DNA from: Candidatus Moraniibacteriota bacterium
Lineage (GTDB): Bacteria > Patescibacteriota > Minisyncoccia > Moranbacterales > UBA2206
Length of the DNA stretch: 64,000 bases
Assembly (NCBI GenBank): GCA_003543115.1
Contig: DPJH01000036.1
Coordinates: 9,182 to 73,181, forward strand
Reading direction: 5' to 3'
A program made the position numbers and the translations under genes. Numbering within the stretch: the first letter of the stretch is position 1; the number at the start of each line of letters is the position of its first letter. Below are positions 55,966 to 64,000 of this stretch, in pieces. The notes under the pieces were generated by a model. That model was not told the origin of the DNA, did not search any database, and saw only the letters and a program-made list of their open reading frames with translations.

Positions 55966-56916
55966 TTATAGTTTGCTAATAGTAACTTTATCACCCTTTC
56001 TGATGATTTTCAACCCTTCGAATGAAATAGTCTGATTCTTACCTTTAGTACTTTTTATTGCTTTTAAAATTTCTTCAATATGCAAAGCGTGAACATTTTT
56101 TTTATCCATCTTTTCACTAGCAATAAAATTGATAATTATCCTTTTTTGAATAGCGGGATAAAGGGAAGTTATTTTTTTTATTGACAAAGACTTGTCATTT
56201 TCGAGATAGCTTCGAGCAAAATCATCTAAAAATGAATTATCTTCACTAATAGAAAGCGTTGCATTAAACAATGTTTTTTTAATATTGGGATTATAATTTT
56301 TTTCCAAATAAGGAATAAGCTGGTTGCGAATTTTATTGCGAAAAAATTTGGATTCCAGATTTGTCTTGTCTGTTCGATAAGTTAAATTTTTTGTTTCAAG
56401 ATAATGCAAGACGTCTCTTCTTGAAGCTGCTAGTAAGGGGCGAATAATACATCCATTTTTAAATCTCATAGAGCCAAGCCCGCTTAATCCGGAACCGCGC
56501 AGAATTCTCATGAGAAAAGTTTCAGCCTGATCATCGCGATTGTGGGCAACAGCGACTAAATCAAAATTATTATCTTTTCGGATCTTTTCAAAAAAATCAT
56601 AACGGATTTTACGTAGCTTTTCTTCTGTGTTTTTTGAGGTCGTTTTTGGTGGATGCAGAATTTGAATAGGAATATTGTATTTTTCTGAAAGACTGGTAAC
56701 AAATTTTTCGTCCATCAAGCTGTCTTTTCCTCGCAAACTATAATTGACGTGGGCAATAATCAATTCCAGGGAATATTTTTTGCTCAGTTGAAAAAAAATA
56801 TCCAAAAGACAGGTTGAGTCTGGACCTCCGGATACACCGATGACAATTTTAGATTTTTTTTGCCAAAGATCGTATTGATGGGAAATGTTTTGAAATTGTT
56901 TAATTAGATTTTTCAT
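55966..56916 (-). CDS. tilS: tRNA(Ile)-lysidine synthetase
   Basis: SGGPDS PP-loop, HNRDDQAET, RPLL, RNKIR. Confidence 0.95.
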   Translation of the reverse strand: MKNLIKQFQNISHQYDLWQKKSKIVIGVSGGPDSTCLLDIFFQLSKKYSLELIIAHVNYSLRGKDSLMDEKFVTSLSEKYNIPIQILHPPKTTSKNTEEKLRKIRYDFFEKIRKDNNFDLVAVAHNRDDQAETFLMRILRGSGLSGLGSMRFKNGCIIRPLLAASRRDVLHYLETKNLTYRTDKTNLESKFFRNKIRNQLIPYLEKNYNPNIKKTLFNATLSISEDNSFLDDFARSYLENDKSLSIKKITSLYPAIQKRIIINFIASEKMDKKNVHALHIEEILKAIKSTKGKNQTISFEGLKIIRKGDKVTISKL

Positions 56917-57475
56917 TTATAAATGTAATAATTTCTTCAAAAACATCATTAATGTCGAGATTTGTTGTGTCTAAAACAAAATCATAATTTTTTTCATCAT
57001 CCTGCCTGATTCCATAAAGAGAAAAGTATCGTTCGCTATCCTCTTCTCTTCTTTTTAGGATGCTTTTTTCTATGTTTTCAACAGTATTTAAATTGGCATC
57101 TTCATTGTCTCGGTTATTTTTTTCGCTTATATTTTTGAAAATTCGCTCAGCTGCAATTTTTGAATTAACCCGCAGGTAAATCTTTATGGATTGAGGAATG
57201 AAATGCCACGCAGTCCGGCTTTCTATGACGAAGCTTGCTTGTTTTTGCGGAAGTGAAGCTACAAAGTCATCGATCTTATTGTCGAAGCTGGGATCCGCAT
57301 CGCATATTTTTCTAAATTTTGGGAGGGATAATCCTTTTTCTTTAGCCATGTCCCTGTATATTTGTCCCATATAGTAACGTGGGATTTCGAGTTTTTCCGC
57401 TATCATAGCGGCCATAGTGCTCTTTCCTGAGCCTTCTTGTCCATTAAGGGATATGATAAGTTTTTTATGTGGCAT
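56900..57475 (-). CDS. cmk: Cytidylate kinase (archaeal/Cytidylate_kin2 type)
   Basis: GQEGSGKST, ESRTAW, ERYFSLYGI, YDFVLDT. Confidence 0.75.
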   Translation of the reverse strand: MPHKKLIISLNGQEGSGKSTMAAMIAEKLEIPRYYMGQIYRDMAKEKGLSLPKFRKICDADPSFDNKIDDFVASLPQKQASFVIESRTAWHFIPQSIKIYLRVNSKIAAERIFKNISEKNNRDNEDANLNTVENIEKSILKRREEDSERYFSLYGIRQDDEKNYDFVLDTTNLDINDVFEEIITFINEKSN

Positions 57476-57533
57476 ATATTTTTTTCAAGTGATTATATTA
57501 GTATAATACCATTAAATGAATTAATCAATAAGA

Positions 57534-57563
57534 AAAAGCTCTAACAAAAATATTAGAGCTTTT
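57534..57563 (-). terminator. Terminator after rpsA
   Basis: AAAAGCTCTAA/TTAGAGCTTTT. Confidence 0.6.
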
Positions 57564-57588
57564 CATTATAGGAATTTCAAGACTCGGA

Positions 57589-58830
57589 TTATTTCTTTTC
57601 TTCTTCTGTCTTAATTTCTTTGGATTCGCTTTTTTTGGCTTTCTTGTCAGCTAAGACGAGTCCCATTCTGTGATCTTTAGCTTCGATAGAAAGAATCTTC
57701 CATTCATATTCTTGTCCAGGAGCAATTACTTCATCAATGTTTTTTCCTGGAAACATTTCTGACATTTCACTGATGTGCGCTAATCCATGGATATCTCGAT
57801 CTAGATAAACAAAAGCTCCAAATGGATTGATCCTATTGACCACTCCCTTAACCACATCTCCGACGTGATATTTTTCTTCAACTGCGCTCCAAGGATCTTT
57901 TTGAAGAGCTCTGATGGAAAGGGATATTTTGTCATTATCAATCCCAATGATTTTGGCTTGTACCTTATCACCTACTTTGGTAATGTCTCTTGGGTTTTCA
58001 ATTAATTGCCATGCAAGTTCAGAAATATGAACAAGTCCCTCTAGCTTATCTTCTTCTGTCGGCTTTTCTTTTTCAGGATTTGGCTGGAAGAACTTAACGA
58101 AGGCTCCAAAGTCGACAACACCGCTTACCTCTCCTTCTACAACATCGCCTACTTTAAGATTGGAAATGGTTTCCTTGTCTTTTTCGCTTTGAGCTGCTTT
58201 TTCGCTTACAATAAGCTTTTCTGATTCCCTATCAGCATCCAGAATGCGAACTTCAAGTTCTTGGCTAACCAATTTCTTGAGAAGAGTAAGGATCTTATTC
58301 TTATCTCCGTCATCAACGCGAGGATAGTTCTTGCTGGAAAGTTGAGATACTGGCAGGAATCCAGATATTCCATTAACTTCCACAAGAAGCCCTCCTTTAT
58401 TGGCGCTAAGAACTTTTGTACTGATTTTTTCTTGAGTATCACGTTTGCTTTCAATATCTTCCCAAGCTTTTTCATAAGATGCTTCACGAACAGAAAGTTC
58501 AATGTAACCATCTTCATTCTCTAGGTCAATAATTGTAGCTGCGACCCTGTCCCCTTCTTTGAGTTTTCCGGAACCCATACCGTCCTTGATTTCTCTTCCT
58601 AAAACTATTCCAGTTCCAAAAGGATCGATATCGAGATAGATAGCGTTAGAAGAAACCTCAATAACCATTCCTTCTACTACATCGTTTACCTTAGGGAAAC
58701 GTAATTCGCTTGTTTGAAGCAATTCTTCCATTGGAGATAGTTCAGCTTCATTGGTGATTGCAGACTTTTTTGGCTTAGAATCATCTATTTTGTCCACTTC
58801 AGTTGCTAGTTTGTCTAAGATATTAGTCAT
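57589..58830 (-). CDS. rpsA: 30S ribosomal protein S1 (four S1 domains)
   Basis: GFLPVSQL, FGAFV, GLVHISEL, GLAHISEM. Confidence 0.9.
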   Translation of the reverse strand: MTNILDKLATEVDKIDDSKPKKSAITNEAELSPMEELLQTSELRFPKVNDVVEGMVIEVSSNAIYLDIDPFGTGIVLGREIKDGMGSGKLKEGDRVAATIIDLENEDGYIELSVREASYEKAWEDIESKRDTQEKISTKVLSANKGGLLVEVNGISGFLPVSQLSSKNYPRVDDGDKNKILTLLKKLVSQELEVRILDADRESEKLIVSEKAAQSEKDKETISNLKVGDVVEGEVSGVVDFGAFVKFFQPNPEKEKPTEEDKLEGLVHISELAWQLIENPRDITKVGDKVQAKIIGIDNDKISLSIRALQKDPWSAVEEKYHVGDVVKGVVNRINPFGAFVYLDRDIHGLAHISEMSEMFPGKNIDEVIAPGQEYEWKILSIEAKDHRMGLVLADKKAKKSESKEIKTEEEKK

Positions 58831-59169
58831 TTTGTTAAGTAATTACATCTCAATTTATCCTTATTATGATATAAATTGAGATTTGCGATAACATCAAATC
58901 GCGTTAGTTATTAAATTGATGTTGGATATTTTTTTAGAATAAAATAAAAAAAATCCTTTTAAATAAGGAAATTACTAAGAATTATCATTAAAGAGATTGG
59001 AACTTGAATGTTTAAAAACAAAAAAGCATCTCAATATTCAGTTTTCTTAATAATTAACTATAAATTAATCATATATCACATTGGTTGTTTTGGCAAGGTC
59101 TAGTCTATTTTGCCTCGACAGTGCAATTTTGATATGCTAAAATATGTTTATAACAATAAAGAATTTATT

Positions 59170-59820
59170 ATGAATATTCAATACTATGGACATTCTTGCT
59201 TTAAAATAACAACGAAACCCGCAGGAAGAGGCCAAGAAGATATTAATGTTTTTCTTGATCCTTTTGATAAAAAAATCGGTCTTCGCCCGCCTCAAGGGCA
59301 AGCCGATTTAGTGCTTATAAGCCATGATCACTATGATCATAATAATGCAGAAGCTTTAAAAGGAGATCCAACTATTTTAAATATTCCAGGCGAATATTCA
59401 ATTAAAGGTCTTAATGTGGTTGGAATGTCTTCAAGTCACAGTGAGGATGCAAAGGAACCCAACACTATTTTCATTATTGAATCAGAAGATATGAGAATTT
59501 GTCATTTGGGAGATCTTGAGTCTGATTTAAGCGAAAAACAGCTTAGCGAGGTAGATGGAATTGATATTCTAATGATTCCGATCGGTGGAAAATACACTAT
59601 TGATGCAAAAAAAGCGATTGAAATAATTAAAAAACTTGAGCCGAAAGTAGTTATTCCTATGCATTACAAGATGAACGGCACAACTTTAGACATTGAAGAT
59701 GAGAAATTTTTCTGCAATGAGATCGGTAATTGTTCAAATATTAAAACTTCTAAATTAAATATAAAAAAGAAGGACTTAGAAGAGAAAAGAATGGAAGTGT
59801 TGGTGATGACGATTGAATAA
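59170..59820 (+). CDS. Metallo-beta-lactamase-fold hydrolase (track start 59110)
   Basis: YGHSCF, SHDHYDH, HLGD, IPMHY. Confidence 0.88.
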   Translation: MNIQYYGHSCFKITTKPAGRGQEDINVFLDPFDKKIGLRPPQGQADLVLISHDHYDHNNAEALKGDPTILNIPGEYSIKGLNVVGMSSSHSEDAKEPNTIFIIESEDMRICHLGDLESDLSEKQLSEVDGIDILMIPIGGKYTIDAKKAIEIIKKLEPKVVIPMHYKMNGTTLDIEDEKFFCNEIGNCSNIKTSKLNIKKKDLEEKRMEVLVMTIE

Positions 59821-59827
59821 AAGATTT

Positions 59828-60202
59828 ATGAATCTAGCTGAAAAAATAGAAAAAATAAAAAAAGAACCAGAACATATCAGATTGCGTTATATTTGGTTTT
59901 GTGTTTTTATTTCCATGTTTTTTATAATTATGCTTTGGATTTTTTCATTGCAGATTGGAAACACGGAAAAAAGATCTGAAACAAGTGATGTTCTCGATTT
60001 GGATTCTTTGGGAAGCAGAATTGAGCAGGAAAGAGAAACATTGAAAGAGATAAATGAGAATATTAAAAATAGCAGTGACGAAATCATATCTCAAAACAGC
60101 GAGAGTAAAATAGATGAAAATTTTGAAGAAAATCAAACAATAAAAAATACACAAGAATCTATGGTGGAAAAAGATGCGCCTCTTTCTTTCCCTGTTAAAT
60201 AA
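59828..60202 (+). CDS. Hypothetical single-TM protein (track start 59813)
   Basis: KKEPEHIR, TM segment, acidic coiled tail. Confidence 0.65.
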   Translation: MNLAEKIEKIKKEPEHIRLRYIWFCVFISMFFIIMLWIFSLQIGNTEKRSETSDVLDLDSLGSRIEQERETLKEINENIKNSSDEIISQNSESKIDENFEENQTIKNTQESMVEKDAPLSFPVK

Positions 60203-60312
60203 GTTTTGTGTTAATCATAAAATAGAAAATATAATTTATTTAAATAATAAAATTTTTTTATTCACTTTTTGTTGCGTTCGGCATAGTGAATAAAGAAAAT
60301 TAAAGAATTAGA

Positions 60313-62745
60313 ATGGAAATTGGAAACATCAATTCAAGAGAAATAACTAAGGAAATGTCGCAATCTTATCTGGATTATGCTATGAGTGTGATTGTTTCCA
60401 GAGCTTTGCCGGATGTGCGCGATGGATTGAAGCCGGTTCACAGAAGAATACTCTATTCTATGTGGAATACGGGGCTGCGTTCAAACGCAAAATTTAGAAA
60501 ATCAGCAACGGTTGTCGGAGAGGTGCTGGGAAAATATCATCCGCATGGAGATGTGGCGGTATATGACTCAATGGTTCGTATGGCGCAGGATTTTTCTCTT
60601 CGTTATCCCATGGTAAAAGGACAAGGAAACTTTGGATCCATGGACGGTGATTCTCCAGCTGCTTATCGTTATACAGAAGCCAAATTGTCTCAAATGGCAG
60701 AAGAGATGCTTATAGATATTGAAAAAAATACGGTTAATTTTGTACCGAACTTTGATGGTCAACATAATGAACCGATGGTTTTGCCATCCAATCTTCCCCA
60801 GCTTCTTTTGAATGGCAGCATGGGAATTGCTGTTGGTATGGCTACAAATATTCCACCGCACAATCTAGGAGAGCTTATAGATGGCATATCGCATCTGATA
60901 GATAATCCGAATGCGACAATAGAGGATTTGGCGGAATTTGTGAAAGGGCCGGATTTCCCAACCGGAGGAATTATATATAATAAAAAAGATATACTAGAGG
61001 CCTACAAGACAGGGAGGGGCAAAATATTAACCAGAGCTAAAGCTGATATTTTTGAAACAAAAGCTGGGGCATTCCAAATTATTATAACGGAAATGACCTA
61101 CGCGACAAACAAAGCTGCTATGATTGAAAAAATGGCAGATCTTGTTCATGAAGGAAAAATTGTCGGCATAAGAGATATTAGAGATGAATCTGATAAGGAT
61201 GGAGTAAGATTGGTGATTGATCTAAAGAAAGACGCCTATCCGCAAAAAGTTTTAAATAAGCTATATTCCCTTACTGACCTACAAAAGAATTTCGGAGTTA
61301 ATATGTTGGCTTTGGTAGATGGAATCGAACCGACAGTTTTGAATTTAAAAGCTATTTTAGAATATTATATCATTCACAGAAAAACAGTAATAAGAAGAAA
61401 AACTCAATTTGAATTGGATAAAGCTAGAGACAGGGCACATATCTTAGAAGGATTGAAAAAGGCGCTGGATCATATTGATGAAATTATTGAGACGATTAAA
61501 AAATCTCAAACCAGAGAATTGGCTCATGCAAATTTGATGAAAAAATTCAAATTTTCAGATAGACAGACTACTGCTATCTTGGAAATGAGATTGCAAACCC
61601 TTGCCGGCTTAGAAAGAAAGAAAATTGAAGATGAATTGAAAGAAAAACTAGCTCTTATAAAAGAACTGGAGGCAATATTAAAAAGTGAGAAAAAGATCTT
61701 GGATATTGTAAAAAATGAACTTATTCGTGTAAAGGAAAAATTCGGAGATGAAAGAAGAACAAAGGTTATTAAGTCGGGCGTGGGAGAATTCAAGCAAGAA
61801 GACTTGATACCGAATGAGGAAGCTATAATAACTATTACCGAACAAGGTTATATTAAGAGAATGGATCCCAATGTGTATAAAGTTCAAAAAAGAGGTGGAA
61901 AAGGCGTGATAGGCGCTGTTACAAAAGAAGAGGATGGAATCAAGAAAGTTTTGGCTGTAATGACTCATGATGATCTTCTTTTCTTTACTGATTCAGGAAA
62001 AGTTTTTCAAACAAAGGCTTATGAAATTCCAACATCATCGAGAATTGCCAAGGGTCAATCTATCGTTAATTTCTTACAGCTTTCCCAGGAAGAAACCGTA
62101 ACCGCTATAGTTCCATTTATAAAAGAAGACAATTTTAAATATCTTTTAATGACCACAGAGCTTGGGACTGTTAAGAAAACTCCAATGGAAGATTTTGCAA
62201 ATGTCAGAAGAAGCGGTCTTATAGCAATTAATTTGGCCAAGGATGACATGCTTAAATGGGTGGAGGCAACAACCGGTCAGGATGAAATTATTATTACGAC
62301 CTCTAAAGGTCAAGCTATTCGCTTTAAGGAAAGTGACGTTCGGCCGATGGGAAGAAGCGCAGCAGGCGTCAGGGGAATTAAATTAAGAAAAGAGGACAGT
62401 GTGGTTGGAATGGACGCGGTATTTAAGAATCAAAAAGGAAATCAATTGATGATTATAACTGAAAATGGGTTTGGAAAGAGATCGGACCTGAAAGCTTATA
62501 AGATTCAAAAAAGAGGAGGATCGGGAATAAAAACCGCAAATGTAACGACTAAGACTGGAAATGTAGTGGGAGCTAATATTGTGAATATGGATGAAATGGA
62601 AGAAGATTTGATTTTAAGTTCTGGTAAAGGTCAGATAATAAGAATTCCACTAAATAGCGTGCCTACCTTGGGTAGAGCTACTCAGGGAGTAAGAGTTATG
62701 AAGCCACAGCCAGGAGATAAGGTGGCAGCTACGACTGTTTTGTAA
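60313..62745 (+). CDS. gyrA: DNA gyrase subunit A
   Basis: [25 protein letters not shown], GyrA-box QKRGGKG. Confidence 0.98.
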   Translation: MEIGNINSREITKEMSQSYLDYAMSVIVSRALPDVRDGLKPVHRRILYSMWNTGLRSNAKFRKSATVVGEVLGKYHPHGDVAVYDSMVRMAQDFSLRYPMVKGQGNFGSMDGDSPAAYRYTEAKLSQMAEEMLIDIEKNTVNFVPNFDGQHNEPMVLPSNLPQLLLNGSMGIAVGMATNIPPHNLGELIDGISHLIDNPNATIEDLAEFVKGPDFPTGGIIYNKKDILEAYKTGRGKILTRAKADIFETKAGAFQIIITEMTYATNKAAMIEKMADLVHEGKIVGIRDIRDESDKDGVRLVIDLKKDAYPQKVLNKLYSLTDLQKNFGVNMLALVDGIEPTVLNLKAILEYYIIHRKTVIRRKTQFELDKARDRAHILEGLKKALDHIDEIIETIKKSQTRELAHANLMKKFKFSDRQTTAILEMRLQTLAGLERKKIEDELKEKLALIKELEAILKSEKKILDIVKNELIRVKEKFGDERRTKVIKSGVGEFKQEDLIPNEEAIITITEQGYIKRMDPNVYKVQKRGGKGVIGAVTKEEDGIKKVLAVMTHDDLLFFTDSGKVFQTKAYEIPTSSRIAKGQSIVNFLQLSQEETVTAIVPFIKEDNFKYLLMTTELGTVKKTPMEDFANVRRSGLIAINLAKDDMLKWVEATTGQDEIIITTSKGQAIRFKESDVRPMGRSAAGVRGIKLRKEDSVVGMDAVFKNQKGNQLMIITENGFGKRSDLKAYKIQKRGGSGIKTANVTTKTGNVVGANIVNMDEMEEDLILSSGKGQIIRIPLNSVPTLGRATQGVRVMKPQPGDKVAATTVL

Positions 62746-62754
62746 ACCAAGGAG

Positions 62755-62787
62755 AAAAAAAGACGAGTATGAATACTCGTCTTTTTT
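62755..62787. terminator. Terminator after gyrA
   Basis: AAAAAAGACGAGTAT/ATACTCGTCTTTTTT. Confidence 0.8.
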
Positions 62788-63070
62788 GTTTGCTATTTAT
62801 GGCTAATATAAGCCATAAATTATTAAAATAATTTCTTGCATAAAAAATTCGCCTATAATACAATTTTTAGAATTTAAATGTATCAGACTATGTTAATTAG
62901 GCGTTGTTTTTTAAAAAAATACTCATAGTTAGAAATAGATGAGCTTTTATGGGCATTAAACCGTTTCATTTTATAATCTAGTTTTTTAAGATAGGCAAAA
63001 AATTGAGCTGTAAGCATAATATGTAAAAATACTATATTATGCAATATATAATGCATAATGTCAAATATAA

Positions 63071-64000
63071 TTAATTTTTTATATCATTACTATAACCTGC
63101 TAATGCAAATGTTATAAACAATAATATTTCTCCTTGTTGAATATCCCATAAATAATGGTCAAATAACATGATAAAAATTAAGCCCAATAAGACACCTCTA
63201 CTTATTTTAGATATATAGTAGATCTTTGTAAATGTTCCACGTGGAACATTATTTATTAAATTACTTTTTTTATTTAATTTATTGTTCCACGTGGAACAAT
63301 TAACATTAGTGATTATATTCGATTGCTTTTCTTTACTATTTATTAATCTTGTAAAAAATAGTTTATAAAGTAATGTGATAAATATAATTAATCCTATTAT
63401 TCCTAACTCGCTAAATATAAGAAGAAAAACATTATGAACAGGTTGAAATTGCCAATCTAATAAATTGAGATTTGTATAAGATTGCATTTGAGTAACAAAT
63501 TGACCTGATCCTAAGCCAAAAAATGAATTGCTTAAAATTGTTTCACGTGAAACATTTAAATAGATCATTCTTTCATCCAATGATTTAAATAATAAAGAAT
63601 AAATATTCGGCTTAGCTATTACAAAAAGAGTGGTTATAATTAAAGAAAATAAAAATAATTTTTTGGTAATAATTGTTCCACGTGGAACAATTAAGCTATA
63701 TCCAAATGTAATAAGTTTTGATTTATGCCATTTTTTTAAACTTGGCTGAGGAGGAATGCTTATTTTAAATATGTATAGAGCGGTTATTATTAGCCCTAAG
63801 ATAGCTGATTTCGAGAAAGTAAATAAAAGAGCGATGATTTGAATGGAAAATATTAGTTTCTTATTAGATATTATATATAGAATGTCGCCTGATATTTTAT
63901 TTAAGATGATTTTTTTATTGTTCCACGTGGAACAATAATTCACTTTATTCTTAGATAATTGTTCCACGTGGAACAATTTATAATAAATATAAGTGATGCT
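63071..64000 (-). CDS. O-antigen ligase / Wzy_C family protein, 3' part (frame open to the window edge)
   Basis: TFSKSA, FGLGSGQF, QPVHNVFLLIFSELGIIG, FDHYLW. Confidence 0.75.
   Translation of the reverse strand, partial: SITYIYYKLFHVEQLSKNKVNYCSTWNNKKIILNKISGDILYIISNKKLIFSIQIIALLFTFSKSAILGLIITALYIFKISIPPQPSLKKWHKSKLITFGYSLIVPRGTIITKKLFLFSLIITTLFVIAKPNIYSLLFKSLDERMIYLNVSRETILSNSFFGLGSGQFVTQMQSYTNLNLLDWQFQPVHNVFLLIFSELGIIGLIIFITLLYKLFFTRLINSKEKQSNIITNVNCSTWNNKLNKKSNLINNVPRGTFTKIYYISKISRGVLLGLIFIMLFDHYLWDIQQGEILLFITFALAGYSNDIKN
63233..63975. repeat. Cluster of six parS palindromes
   Basis: TGTTCCACGTGGAACA at 63233, 63283, 63674, 63919, 63960; TGTTTCACGTGAAACA at 63539. Confidence 0.92.

Noticed and set aside
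60254-60299. Hairpin upstream of gyrA as a regulatory RNA
   Set aside because: A single AT-rich stem that cannot be distinguished from a terminator or chance pairing
62790-63070. Hidden gene or RNA between gyrA and the parS-bearing gene
   Set aside because: Very AT-rich, only short palindromes, and no ORF or extended structure I can support
63233-63975. Repeated 16-mer as a CRISPR array
   Set aside because: Irregular spacing, perfect palindromes matching the parS consensus, located inside an ORF, no cas genes

Overview
An AT-rich bacterial chromosome segment that spans the replication origin. Gene content and short, mostly SD-less intergenic regions suggest a Patescibacteria/CPR (Parcubacteria-like) genome; this is an inference. 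Left to right: a TrmB regulator, yebC, then ruvC followed by a 7TM protein, three ATP-grasp ligases (one fused to a pepsin-like protease), a GNAT and a PBP1A. Next come a candidate ncRNA, dciA-dnaN-oriC-dnaA, rpmH-rnpA-yidC-jag and a flippase/GT2/O-antigen-ligase cluster. A ~16 kb minus-strand CPR-type T4SS-like locus follows (VirB4, PrgI, VirB6-like, two pilin-hydrolase fusions with identical 5' ends). After it lie a UbiA protein, rsmA, a YabE-like protein, comM, lspA, a DksA-like protein and yraN, then a ~540 nt candidate structured ncRNA. The right part holds rpsO-NYN-pnp, pcrA, LysM-CHAP, Xer, tRNA-Val and tRNA-Ile2, rpsA-cmk-tilS-ftsH, gyrA and an O-antigen-ligase-like gene containing six parS sites. 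The best leads are the swapped-payload pilin fusions, the two promoter/terminator-bounded ncRNA candidates, the parS array written into a CDS in all three frames, and the triple ATP-grasp operon. All calls are by eye from motifs; no searches were run.
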